This document shows, piece after piece, positions 1 through 14,119 of a stretch of DNA of 64,000 nt. Position 1 is the stretch's first letter. Each line of letters starts with the position of its first letter. The DNA lies in assembly GCA_964016885.1 (NCBI GenBank), contig OZ024742.1, positions 171,678,001 through 171,742,000 of the forward strand, given 5' to 3'. This DNA comes from Eledone cirrhosa (lineage: Eukaryota). The notes beneath the pieces were generated by a model that saw only the letters and a program-made list of their open reading frames with translations, did not search any database and was not told the origin of the DNA. Both the position numbers and the translations under genes were made by a program.

Positions 1-467
1 TTTCATCGATTCTTTCGGGATGTTAACATTGGCTAATACACATGCAAATATTTCAAATAATTGCCCATGTTATATATATTTATAGCCTACTGGTGTGTAA
101 GTATATAAAATATACTAGTATATATATATAATACTGGTGTGGACATGAAATTATGTGTTTGGAGTGGGAGCCATCTTTTAAATTTGTTGCAGACTGGAGA
201 CAATTAAACGCTAAAATGTCGAGACTGTTACAGATATAGTGTATAAAATAAAGAGAACTTTTAAATATAGAACTTTTACTTTTACACATGGCCACCTAAC
301 TTTATGATAAAAAAACAATTCTCGTTTGCTTGTCTTCAATTGTTCCATTTACTTTTTGATTTGAATTTGAAAAAATGCATGTGAATAGTATTTGTTAGAG
401 ATTGTGTTATGAAGTGTACCTACAATCATGTTTAGATTTAAATCAGTAGGCATACACACACACATTA

Positions 468-526
<59 letters not shown>

Positions 527-668
527 ATGAAAATGGAGAGAGACGATGATTAACAGAGAATATAAATAGATAGACAAATAAATAAATGATTATCGTCCTC
601 GAGAAAGCTGAAATGCCGATATGTATACACACGTACACTACACGCTCACAAACACGTATATATATATA

Positions 669-1422
<754 letters not shown>

Positions 1423-1534
1423 ATTATATATGAAGGATATATCTGTATTTCCTTCTCTCTATATGGACATTATCTGTGAATGTTTAATATTAACATACAC
1501 CAGTCACATTACCTGACTATACAGGGCATGTGTT

Positions 1535-1735
1535 TGTGTTGGAGATCCGTTAGTTTCGACGCTTGATATTCCAGTTGTTCGGTAATCGCAATATTTTACT
1601 CGTGAAGTTAACATACGTATGTCTGAACATTTCATAGACATGTGTAGCCTTAACATAACTCTCATGGAGCTTCTGCATTATAAAATGTGAGACATGACTG
1701 GCCTTTGGAAATATACGTACATTTGTGTTTTACGA
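1535..1735 (-). mobile_element. Degenerate SINE body (family also at 32830-33140 and 52528-52815)
   Basis: Reverse complement resembles the body of the plus-strand copy at 52528-52815 (aaagggc...gagaact..gttaa...gctcagccactt...gttgatc..aaytggaa). Confidence 0.5.
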
Positions 1736-2020
1736 GCTGCGTGGACTTGGGCCAACCTGAAATTTTGCAAAATTTGGCCAGAAATTGAACTAATGAATTA
1801 TTTAACCAAGCATCTTCAATGTCGTATGTATAGGTTTTCGTGTTTCATCCATATCCACTCATGACCGGTTTCGTAGTATCTGCATTCATATAGCGATAAA
1901 TTTGGACTTAAAATTTGCTATGTCTTATGTAAATTTGACGATTGTAGTCTTGAAATCTAAACGATAAACAGGATATTAAGCATGAAGCTAAATGAAGCGC
2001 TAATATTAAGTGAGAAACAT

Positions 2021-2196
2021 GTGGATTGGCAGTATTGGGAGAGGGTCGGACGCCATGCTTTGACGTATAGAGTTACGGCCCTTGCCATTCTGAGTTCAAA
2101 TCCCCCCGAGGTTAACTTTGCCTTTCATCCTTACGGGGTCGATAAAATAAAGTACCAGTAATGCACTGGGTAATTGCTGGCCTTGTGCCTTGTGCC
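2021..2196 (+). mobile_element. tRNA-derived SINE (family S1) with 14-bp TSD
   Basis: A box TGGCAGTATTGG, B box GAGTTCAAATCC, core GCCTTTCATCCTTACGGGGTCGATAAAATAAAGTACCAG (resembles the MetaSINE Meta domain); TAAGTGAGAAACAT at 2007-2020 and 2197-2210. Confidence 0.9.
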
Positions 2197-2648
2197 TAAG
2201 TGAGAAACATTGAAGCGATACCATGTCTCAACGTTACATATTGTTCTGCTGCTAGAAACTGACCGCGTACTGTGCAAGAGATTATCCTTTCAAAGCACAA
2301 TTCGACATAAATAATAAACACCTAATACAATAACAATCTTCACTACAAGAGTATTCTTACATAATCGATATCTGACACTGCGACACCAATAACTGACTGA
2401 ACCAACACATTAAACAGCGCAACTGATTAAAGCAACACAAACTCATCAGGGACACCGCGAGCGGCAGTGGATCATAATACATAATTTAGAAATATATTAA
2501 GTTTTAATGCGGCGACTAAATTAATTTGGAAATCTACTCTATAAACACAGTGTCAATAATTACTTTAAAATATGCAGTAAAGCAGAATTGCGTATCCTAA
2601 TAATTATGCGAAAGGGCTTTACATGTTCTTGTTAAAGGACATGGTTTT

Positions 2649-3520
2649 ATTACTTCACTGATGGTAAAAGCGATAGATAGGCAGTATCGGAAGGGCAACT
2701 GACAGCACGCTTTGCGGCATAGAGTTACGGCCTTTTACATTCTGTGTTCAAACCCTACAGAGGTTAACTTTGCCATCCATCCTCACGGTGTCGATTCAAC
2801 AAAATGCCAGTAACGCCTTGGAGTCGATTTAACCGACTTTCCGACTTTCTCCCAGTGTTGTTGCTCTTGTGCCTCAATCGGAAGCCATTATTTCACTGCG
2901 GTGGATTGGCGGTGGATTGGCAGTATCGGTAGAGGTTCGGACGCCATGCTTTGACGCATAGAGTTACGGCCCTTGCCATTCTGAGTTCAAATCCCGCCGA
3001 GGTTAACTTTGCCTTTCATCCTTACGGGGTCGATAAAATAAAGTACCAGTAATGTACTGGGTAATTTTCTGGCCTTGTGCCAATAGTAGAAACAATTATT
3101 TCACTGCGGTGGATTGGCAGTATCGGTAGAGGGTCGGACGCCATGCTTTCCAGCATAGTTACGTCCCTTTACCATCTGAGTTCAAATCCCGCCGAGGTTG
3201 ACTTTGCCTTTCATCCTTACGGGGTCGATAAAATAAAGTACCAGTAATGCACTGGTAATTGCTGGCCTTGTGCCTAAAGTAGAAACAATTATTTCACTGA
3301 CGGTGGGGTGGAGATCGACATTATCGGTCGCGCGTCGGACAACATGTGTTACAGCGTAGAATTACAGCCTCTTTTACGTCTCGAGTTCACATTACGCCAA
3401 AGTTAGCTTTGCCTTTCATCCTTACGGTATCAATAAAATCTAGTACCAGTAAAGCACTGGCGTCGATTTGATTAACTCCCCCTTGGCATTATGCCAAAAG
3501 AGGAATCAATTATTTCACTG
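2649..3520 (+). mobile_element. Head-to-tail stack of four S1-type SINEs (two young, two diverged)
   Basis: Four units separated by the same 12-mer ATTA(T/C)TTCACTG at 2649, 2887, 3095, 3288 and 3509. Confidence 0.9.
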
Positions 3521-4438
3521 GTGTCAATTTTCTTCTCAAGAGTGTTCTCACTACGAAGGATTGTTAATTTTTTCGGTTTAATCTGTGTCTCTGTGTGTTT
3601 CAAATGTCTCTTAGAACGATTTTGGTCCCTGAATGATTTCTCAACAGGTATCACCAACAATAAATAGAATAAGTTTCTGTGCTATGCATATATTTTGAAT
3701 TATGGTATTGAACATTTTGCTGGTTTAATTCTAATTGGAATGGAATGCAGCTACACTGGTTTTTACATCAGCGGAATAGCCTCTTCATGAAATTCACGTG
3801 CATGTGGCGGAATAAACCCTGAGTCACGTTCAATCTTATCGCAATTTTCAGAGTGCTCAGGCTGGATTTGTTATCACATATACAGTCCATTTACTATTAT
3901 GTGACTGAGAATTTCACAGACACGAGTACCCTTGATTATCAGGAAATTTGAACGTTACACAGTGTCTAAAAAATCCAGACATGGAATTACAGATACATTC
4001 TATTTGTTTTAACATATATTTGGTTGATCATTCCAGGAACCCTATCGAAATTCTCATGGAAATTCTGCCTGACTCAGTTATGCAAAACAGTTGTCTTTTT
4101 GAAATACTAGTACAGACTATGTGATGAGCTTCAAAATAGATTCGAGCAGCTCGGTTTCATTTACAAATTGTCGATTGACTGGTGGCTATAGTAAATGACA
4201 CTTGTATAAGATATCAAGAGTTGAGATAAAACCAGTGGATTGAGAAGCAGATTTTATAAGCATTTGGCCAAGACTTGTCCAGAACACAGAAGCAATATTA
4301 GAAAGAAATGTTCAACAATTTAAAACAATAAAGCGGCAAAACAAACTAAAAATGTAGAGTAATACAATATATTTTAAGGCGAACCATCGGAAACTATGAG
4401 TTTTGTATTTTGGCGTTGAATTTAGCCACCCCCGCCCC

Positions 4439-4469
<31 letters not shown>

Positions 4470-4899
4470 CCCCCCCCCCCCCCCTTCGCCCCCACAATTA
4501 TAATGAATGGAACATTAAAACAAGATGTAGCTAATTAGTAAAAGTATACAAATACTTCGATGCTATAAAATAGAGCTCATATTGATTTTTTTCTGGGAAT
4601 TTTCCTTGAAATTAATTTACTGCTATTTTCAAACAATACGTATGAGTGTGCATATATATACAAAACCTCCGATATATCCTTCAAACATCTAGGCTTCCAG
4701 TATTTTGTGAATAAAACGATTTTAAAGTAATTTGAAAGCAGCTAGCTTATCAAATGTTTAATGGAAGTATTGTGAATATCATATTAAAAAATATTTATTT
4801 TACGGAAAATACACACAGCATATCTAAATATTATTAGAATGTTTATATTTTTATGATGACTGTAAAGTTGATGATAGCGTTGATGTATATGAGAATGAT

Positions 4900-5205
4900 A
4901 ATAATAATGATTCAGGCACAAAGCCAGCAATTTGGGGAGTGGAAAGTCGATTAAATCGAAACTGCATTATTGTTACTTCATTATTCGAGCCCGTAAGGAT
5001 GAAAAGCAAATCTAACAAATCTTTAAACTCGGAATTTAAAGGGTCCTAACCATATGTACTAAACATATTGTCCAACGTTCTACCTATATTTTTAACTCAG
5101 GGCTAACAATACAATGGTTGAGTAGTCAACCGCAGTAATTAAATGTTACTTCATTTCAACGACCCTAGAAATATGAAAGGCAAAGTTGACCTAGGCTGGA
5201 TTTCA
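4900..5205 (-). mobile_element. Degenerate S1-related SINE fragments
   Basis: ggcacaaagccagcaatt...cccgtaaggatgaaaagcaaa and gaccctagaaatatgaaaggcaaagttgacct match the reverse complement of the SINE core. Confidence 0.6.
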
Positions 5206-7145
5206 AATTGTATTTCATTTTTTATTTATAATTTTCCTTATTTTTATTTTTATTTTGTTTTTCGCCAAATAACGAGTAACATGAAGACACTAAATAACTG
5301 CAGAATAGCCAATTCCATGGCATCACTAAACGCGGGAACAGTAAATGGGGTTATAACAAGTATTTGTGTATATTCTGAGATTTTACTGGTTGGATATACC
5401 AATATATAACAATAAATTTGCAATTAAATCTATCAGCATTTTAGGTCAACAAATTAGACAATGAATTATATTCTGTTTCTTTGCGTTGGATTCCACTTAA
5501 AGAATTCCAGGCACCTAATGATATGTAAACAATCATTATCTCATATTACAGATTTCGTTGCTTACTATTCCCAAAGATTTCCTTGATGTTCTAATCGGAA
5601 AACCTGTAGTCAATGTTCAGCTTCTTCTCTCGCAGGAAGCTGGAATTTGATGTCAATTAATAACTTAAACAACAGCTGTTTTAAACTCAACGGAAGCTTA
5701 AAATTTGAGCATGCGTCACCAGTGTGAGCGTCATCCATGTGATAGCCTCGTAGTTATCACTAACGCCTGGCATCAGTTATTACTACACTGTAAAAATACA
5801 GACACTACTTTCGTTTTGCCAATAAGCGTGTTGCATCCTTTTTACTAGTGTAATTCTGACTTAGAATGGATCAACATGATGAATTTATGTACAATCCCAT
5901 TACTTGCCTGAGAAGAAGGAACTTATACATAAAGTTATTTTTCCATCTTTTTTGTTTAAAATTCCATTATTAAATTACTGTAAATCTATTATTAGAGATT
6001 GCACTTAAACGATGCCTGAGATTGTATTGAGCAATATAAGTAAATTTCTTTCCTTGTGTCGTAGTGTAAATGATTAAACATAAACTATAGTAGGCAGGCA
6101 TCTATTATCAGACCAGACCTATGAAGTTGTTTCCATTCATGATTCTATTGTTAATATTTTAAGCAAACATCAACACACGACAGTACGATAGCCGATTTGA
6201 ATTCAGAACGAACAGAGTCAAAACAGATATCGACAAATGTCCAATCTGGCTATTTTAAGAATTCTACCAATCGTCAGCCCTCTGGAGTTGTACCTTGATT
6301 ATCAAACCCAAAAGGTTAAAAAGCAAAACCTGAAGGTTTTTAACTCAGATCTCAGAGTAAAATGATCAAGAATAAATGCCAATGTATTTAAAACGAAGCT
6401 GTAACGTCTCTGCCAATTCGCCGACTATAAATCTTGTAGCTGGTGACATTTAAAGCTATTTTTGTTAAACATTTCAATTGTAAGCTTCGGTTATCTTTTG
6501 TAAGAATGTGCACAGAAAGGATATATCATAGATTATAGTAAGCAGTAGATTTTCAAGTCCAATTGTTTCTTTGTTCCGTAATGTATATGATAAATGATAA
6601 ATAGTATCAGAGCATTGTAACGGACACTTAAAATATTGGTTTTGTATTGAATTACTAAATATGACGTCAATAACAAAGATTTTTATAAGCAGGCAACATA
6701 ACAACCATTTATATATTTGCAAAGATATTTGCTTGAACGTATGAATATTAAATAGAAAAGCTCTATCACTAATAGCAGACGTATTTGTGACTGTATAGCA
6801 ATCTACACAGAGAGAAAACAGGCAGATAGTAGTGATTGGCACCGACAATATTCAATATTGCACTGAGATGTGAATAAGCAGTACGTCTTCATATTTTCCA
6901 TTCCTCTTTTATTCCATCTATCTCTTTCTGTCATTTATCCTCTGATTTTTTAACACACATACACGAACACACACATACGCACACACACATACCCACATGC
7001 ACAGACACACATATATATGTATAAGAGCCTGTATCTATAAAATGCAGCATATTAAAACGAATTTAGATTGAGTCAGTTAGTCAGGAATAGATAATTCCCT
7101 CTTTCCCACTTTGTCTCACATACGAGTATGTATTTATGTATTTAT

Positions 7146-7223
<78 letters not shown>

Positions 7224-7362
7224 ATATATATAAATATATACATATATATATATTCATGCATATATATACATATATATACATATACATATATATATATACA
7301 TGTATATTTACATATATATATGCATATATAAATATACATATATATATATATGTATATACACG

Positions 7363-7455
<93 letters not shown>

Positions 7456-7880
7456 TTATATATATATAGGCATACATATGTACACACATATATTTACATT
7501 ATCTATATATATATACATGTTTGTGTACCTAATTATGAAAAAATATATATACTTTTCTTGATTTATTTTAAATGAAACAATTATATTCCCGTATTTGCGT
7601 GGTGTTTGTGGTGTGTGTGTAGAAGCATCTATGATTTAGAGCAACTCTAGTTTGAAATGCACATATTAATATAAATATTGTTTGCAGTTACTACAGTGGA
7701 GCCATTGCATGGGCCTGAAAGACCAACGTTTTCTACCTGCGTAGGTGGAAAAGAACCGGAATATTTATGTAAGGGAAATAGCAAAGGGACCACAAGGGAC
7801 CTAAATGGGAGTAAAAAGGGAGTATAATGAGGGAAATATTGAAAATAGTATTTTGGAGTTACCATGTTGATCAGCTAAAG

Positions 7881-8823
7881 CACAGGTTCTCAACCCATTT
7901 AGGCCAAACGCCCCCTTTTGTCCCTCGAAATCATGAAACGCCCCCCCCCCCCCTATTTTTCCATTTTTCAATATACTACTGATTTTTATATCAGTAGATT
8001 ACTAAAAAATTGATTAACACTATTCCAAAGATATGTGTATTATCTGATTATGTGTTGTATGTGGTCCTAGATGTGTGTATTATCTGATTATGTGTTGTAT
8101 GTGGTCCTAGATGTGTGTATTATCTGATTATGTGTTGTATGTGGTCCTAGATGTGTGTATTATCTGATTATGTGTTGTATGTGGTCCTAGATGTGTGTAT
8201 TATCTGATTATGTGTTGTATGTGGTCCTAGATGTGTGTATTATCTGATTATGTGTTGTATGTGGTCCTAGATGTGTGTATTATCTGATTATGTGTTGTAT
8301 GTGGTCCTAGATGTGTGTGCTACTCGCTTCTGTTTTTTCTTTTTTTTTTTTTATTTGTAATATTATTTATACAATAGGGAATAAAATAGATCTACATAGT
8401 GTTAACTCGTTGCGGTTGAGTCAATCATTTCAGACATGAAATACTTTGTTATCGGTGAAGGAAAGATAAGATTCTAACTGGCTGCGCTCAAAGTGTCTTT
8501 GACCCAGTTGACTGTGGGTTTTTCCATTTTTAGGATCTCAATTACCGGTTAACGTCTCAATTACCGGACATGCCTGCACACCTGCTCACAGCTGCGGTCA
8601 GACTATAGTTATGCTGTCTGCAAGCTCATTCAAATGCATTCACACTGGCTGTCTCAAAGACATACAAATATGGCTTATAGAACTTACCAAAATAAAGAGC
8701 CTTCCACCCCCACCCCCGTCCCCAGCTCCAAACGCCCCCCTAACGCGACCTTGCTCCCAAATGCCACCCTGGAGTTCCGAAACGGCCCCCGGGGGTGCAT
8801 ATGCCCCCCGTTGAGAACCTTTG
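7881..8823. mobile_element. Non-autonomous hAT (Charlie-like) DNA transposon
   Basis: TIR CACAGGTTCTCAAC / GTTGAGAACCTTTG (1 mismatch); perfect 8-bp TSD AGCTAAAG at 7873-7880 and 8824-8831. Confidence 0.88.
8029..8318. repeat. 40-bp minisatellite, about 7.25 near-identical copies
   Basis: Unit TATCTGATTATGTGTTGTATGTGGTCCTAGATGTGTGTAT starting at 8041, 8081 ... 8281; no spacers. Confidence 0.97.
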
Positions 8824-8929
8824 AGCTAAAGGAAAAGGGATGTATCCCAAGTCAGTTATGAGGGGATAGAATATGCATTAGAAAATTCTAGGGAGAAATT
8901 ATTTGTTTTAATTGTTAAAAAGGCCATTT

Positions 8930-10290
8930 CTTTAGAAGGCGTTTCGTGGCCTGGGGACATCCTGTGAAGAACTGCAGACGCGTATTCACTGGTCTAGTGT
9001 TTTTGTGCAGATTATTCAATATCCATCAACTCTCATCGTTACATAATCTGCAAGCTTTGAGCCCAATTGAGTACGGTCAAGATTGTTCCAGTATCTTCCA
9101 TTTATGGGAGGAATCTATGTTTTTGTGTTCGAGTTGTCATATTGTATTCACCAATATGGTGGTATTCCTTTTACTTTGGGTATCAGAAGATCCATTCAAG
9201 ATTAAGGAAACGTTTTTTAAAACAACTTTCCATCATGCCAACATCTGCCCAGATTTTATTTGATGGTGTTGATTCAATGTAGAGAACTTAGTTTCATATA
9301 TTACCCCTAGGGTTTGGCATTGTTGATTCTGTGGGCATGATCCTGGCTCTTTACAAAACTATCCATATGTTTGCGGGCTCTACTCCTTATTCAGGAGGTG
9401 TGATTTCATGTTTCTGGCACAGGAGACTTCAATTTTAACTGTATGGTGGTATATATGTCCTTGGTGGAGGTGTGTATCTATGAGAGCTAAAATACTTTTC
9501 CTACATTAGGTTTGACATTTAAGAGAACGGAAGGGAGAAATACATTTTAGATCAATTCCTGTGTTTTTTTTTTCTTCTGAGAAGCCACTATTGACTAAGG
9601 CTGAATTATAGTACGAGGCTACCTTGGGGAAGATAGTTTGGTTTGAAGTGGCGTTAGACATCCGTTTACTACTATTTGAAGACAAAAGGGGGATGGCAAG
9701 AGCTTTTATTTATATAGCCAAGGTTTTCCCTATGCTTATGGAAGTGCTTATATGTGTGTGTGTAACTAGATCCAGATTGAATTGTAAGAAATTAACATTA
9801 ATTTGTTTATTCATACGGACATTTTCCAATCTAGGTTCCAAAATGTGTGAGTAGATATTTCCTAAAATGTTGAGGTAATGCTCGTTTCCGTGGCTCGAAA
9901 GTGCTAGACCATCGCCACAGTATAAACCCGTCTGAACATCCGGGAATGTGGTGCATAACATATCCAGGATAAAGAGTCCCAACAGAATGCAAATGTCCAA
10001 GCTATCATATCACCTCATAGGGACATCAAAGAAATCGTTACTCACTGATTTATTTTCATCCATTCATGCTGATTACTGAAGAAGAGGGTTTTCTGGCAGT
10101 GGGATATATGACCAGTTCGTCCGGGTCTTGTATATAGTTAAATTTACTTGCAACGTCCAGGGATTTTTCGAGTAACTCATTGGATATCGACAGGTTGGGA
10201 TATTTAATTGGGCGAATCTGGGTCTAACCGTATGCTTAAGGGAATTAAATCAATTTAGTACCATATGGCTATTTTCCCATTGGTTTAGAC
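8930..10290 (-). pseudogene. Decayed Penelope-like element (RT + GIY-YIG remnant)
   Basis: Minus-strand fragments GLYCGDGL (YxDD region), INVNFLQFNLDL and VGMMESCFKKRF (YIG..FK.R region), collinear with the younger PLE at 14120-15516; many stops and frameshifts. Confidence 0.7.
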
Positions 10291-10316
10291 TACAATGCCA
10301 GCAATTACCCAGTGCA

Positions 10317-12458
10317 TTACTTTATAGTTATGTATATACTATACTATAAACAACGATAAACAGGGAAGGTCAGTAATTTATTACTACCTTATTACCAGTA
10401 AGAGCAATAGCTCAATGTAAGAACGTCAGTTGTTTTACTGAGCAGTAATGTAGATTACACAAGTATCAAAGTTATGTTTACATCATTTAATCGCTGACAA
10501 TTGTTTCTTCCAAATTTTAGTTTGGGGTCATCGGAGCATTAACAATGTTTGTACATATAACTAACCTCCTATTTAACTGAAGAATCATATAGATACATAT
10601 ATATTGATGTTGTGAACAACAGTTTAGTATATATAGGGTGTAATGGTTGCGACATATATTATACGAGAATTGTACACTAATTCAAATTCAAGTTAATAAT
10701 ACAAGATAATACAAGATAATACAAGAGAATAGACTTGTATTATCTTGTATTATCTTGTATTATTAAAGAAGCAATGTGAAAGGAGTATTCAAGCGTGTAG
10801 AGATTGTATATGCGTTAGTCATATATCTAGGAAGCAAACAAGCAAATATATTATGCATATATGAGTACTGTATGGCAAGGTATTACATAAAAGCTCTTAA
10901 ACGTGTTATGGAGGATAGTGGTCAATATTTTCTCATCCATTCCATATGTTAAGTTATGTTTTATTTGATGTTTGTATTGAATGTTAGTTATAGTAATGGA
11001 TCGTAACTAGGTCATATTGTATTCAAATTCATGGATTATAGTTATTTAACATCGAGATCTTACAACGGTTAATATCCGGAAGTGGATACGGAATTAAGGG
11101 GAGCTAATGCTTAAGGGGAGGTAACTAGCTGAATGCATTACTTGTTCCAATGGGCATTATATATTGTCACAATTGAATCTCTTATACAAAATATTATATA
11201 TTTATATTTAATTTTAAATAGTCTACTTTCTCATAATATATTAAAGGTTTAATTAGAATGTCGTCTACTCAATATTTGGTAAGTTATGGAATAACGTATA
11301 GCTGTTTGCATGTTAAATTAGATATCCCTTATGTAAATAAATTAATTAATCCTATATATATATAATGTTATTAATTGATAGATTTAATTATAAATGTATA
11401 TATTATTCATTGTTCCATATTACATTTACGTTAGATAAATCCCTTATGTTAATAAATTAATCCTTTATATACAATGTTATTAATTTATACATTTAATTAT
11501 AAATGTATATATAATTCATTGTTACATTTAACATTTAAAGTTTATATATATATATATATTATATTATATTTCAATCACTATAAGTAATCTAAATTAATTA
11601 TATTAAAAGGTGGTAACTAAAGGAATATATGTTAGAGACAAAAGTGATTTGTGTAGAGGAAATATTTTGTATAAGGGATTCAATTGTGACAATATATAAT
11701 GTCCATTGGAACAAGTAATGTATTCAGCTAGTTACCTCCCCTTAAGAATTAGCTCCCCTTAATTCCGTATCCACTTCCGGATATTAACCGTTGTAAGATC
11801 TCGATGTTGAATAACTATAATCCAAGAATTTGAATACAATATGACCTAGTTACGATCGATTACTATAACTAACATTCAATACAAACATCAACTAAAACAT
11901 AACTTAACATATGGAATAGATGAAAAATCAGTAACTCTCATATTCTACACACATACATATTTCAACTATACAGAAAATATTGACCTATATCCTCTATAAC
12001 ACGTTTAAGAGTGTTTATGTAATACCTTGCCATACAGTACTCATATATGCATAATATATTTGCTTGTTTGCTTCCATGATATATGACTAACGCATATACA
12101 ATCTCTACACGCTTGAATACTCCTTTCACATTGCTTCTTTAATTATTAGACTATTCTCTTGTATTATCTGTCGCTTGTATTCCACTCTGTGCTTTTAATT
12201 TTAACTTTAACTTTAACTTGAATTTGAATTATTGTACAATTCTCCTATAATATATGTCGCACCCATTACACCCTATATATACTAAACTGTTGTTCACAAC
12301 ATCAATATATATGTATCTATATGATTCTTCAGTTAAATAGGAGGTTAATTATATGTACAAACATTGTTAATGCTCCGATGACTCCAAAACTAAAATTTGG
12401 AAGAAACAATTGTCAGCGATTAAATGATTTAAACATAACTTTGATACATGTGTAATCT
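10317..12458. mobile_element. Large fold-back element with hammerhead-like core (PLE pLTR-like, apparently non-coding)
   Basis: Arms about 10452-11195 / 11661-12458; unpaired tail 10317-10451; another copy of tail plus arm at about 28430-29000. Confidence 0.8.
12368..12422 (+). ncRNA. Minimal hammerhead ribozyme candidate (U4C variant)
   Basis: CCGATGA 12375-12381, stem II tccaaa..tttgga, GAAAC-AATT-GTC 12403-12414, stem I taatgct/agc(g)atta. Mirror copy on the minus strand near 10490-10545. Confidence 0.6.
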
Positions 12459-12463
12459 CTCTC

Positions 12464-13034
<571 letters not shown>

Positions 13035-14119
13035 ATAATAATAAAATTGAAGTCTAAAATCCAAAGAGGGCTCGATAAGGAAAATATATATCAAATATAT
13101 AAGAACCGTAGAGCAAATATTTATTAAAATAACATTAAAGTTTAAGCAAAGAATCGCTGCTTTCACCCTTAACGGGATCTTCTGAAACTAACAAAGTCAA
13201 TCTGTAAACGCAGAACTGGATATTTCAAAAAACATTGCAACCGGAGGAAGACAGGAAGACGATACTTTGGTTCGTGGTAACGTTCGCTGGGAAAGAACGG
13301 GAAAAAACGAATAATACGTAATTAATAGGAGCGGTGAAAAACAATTACGCGCAAAGACAAAACCACGTTTATGGTATAAAAGAGGTCGTAGACTAATGTT
13401 CTCTTAGGTGGTGCATAGAGACGTTCTCTGGCAATGAACGAAAAAACGAAGATAATAAGTCATATGTGGAGCGTGGAGAACAATAGCACGCAAAGACAAA
13501 ACCACGTAAATGGTATAGCAGAAATCGTAGACTAAAATTCTAACTAGGAGACCAAATGAATCTCCGCTACAGAGTTAAGAACAAAGTAAATAAATACAAT
13601 ACAGAAGTAATAGAAACAAATAAATACATACACGCAAACAGATACGTACATACACAAGCATACGTAAAAACTTACCATGGGTATACAAAACCACGCACAT
13701 ATAAATATGTGTGTGTGTGCGTATGCTTGTGTACAAATAAATAAATAATTATATAAACGTATATAAGTAAATAAATACGTATATAACAAGCGCACACGCA
13801 TACCTACATATAAATACACGAATGTTCGGAGACGTAAGTCAACTAAAACAAGAAGTACACATATACACACACCCACCATACGTACGAACCTGCACACTCA
13901 CGCGGACGCAAAACTCCCGTATACACATAAACAAACCCTAAATACCAGAATATGTAAAAATTATACGCTATAACAGTCAAATATACGTACGAGAAGGTAT
14001 ACATACCTTCACAAAACATACGGGTAATATATACTTACCTATGCAAATAAGTAAAGGAATAAACAAAACATATACTTAGCTCCCACATCAAGACGTAAAA
14101 TATCCACGTATAGATCGTG

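Noticed and set aside
2649-3520. CRISPR-like or tRNA gene array
   Set aside because: Units are homologous SINEs; tRNA heads have an over-long A-B box spacing and run into a SINE core.
3990-4320. Possible hAT transposase remnant (..ELQNRFEQ..)
   Set aside because: Too degraded to support without a profile search.
8029-8318. CRISPR-like regular repeat
   Set aside because: Contiguous 40-mers with no spacers, no cas genes, eukaryotic context.
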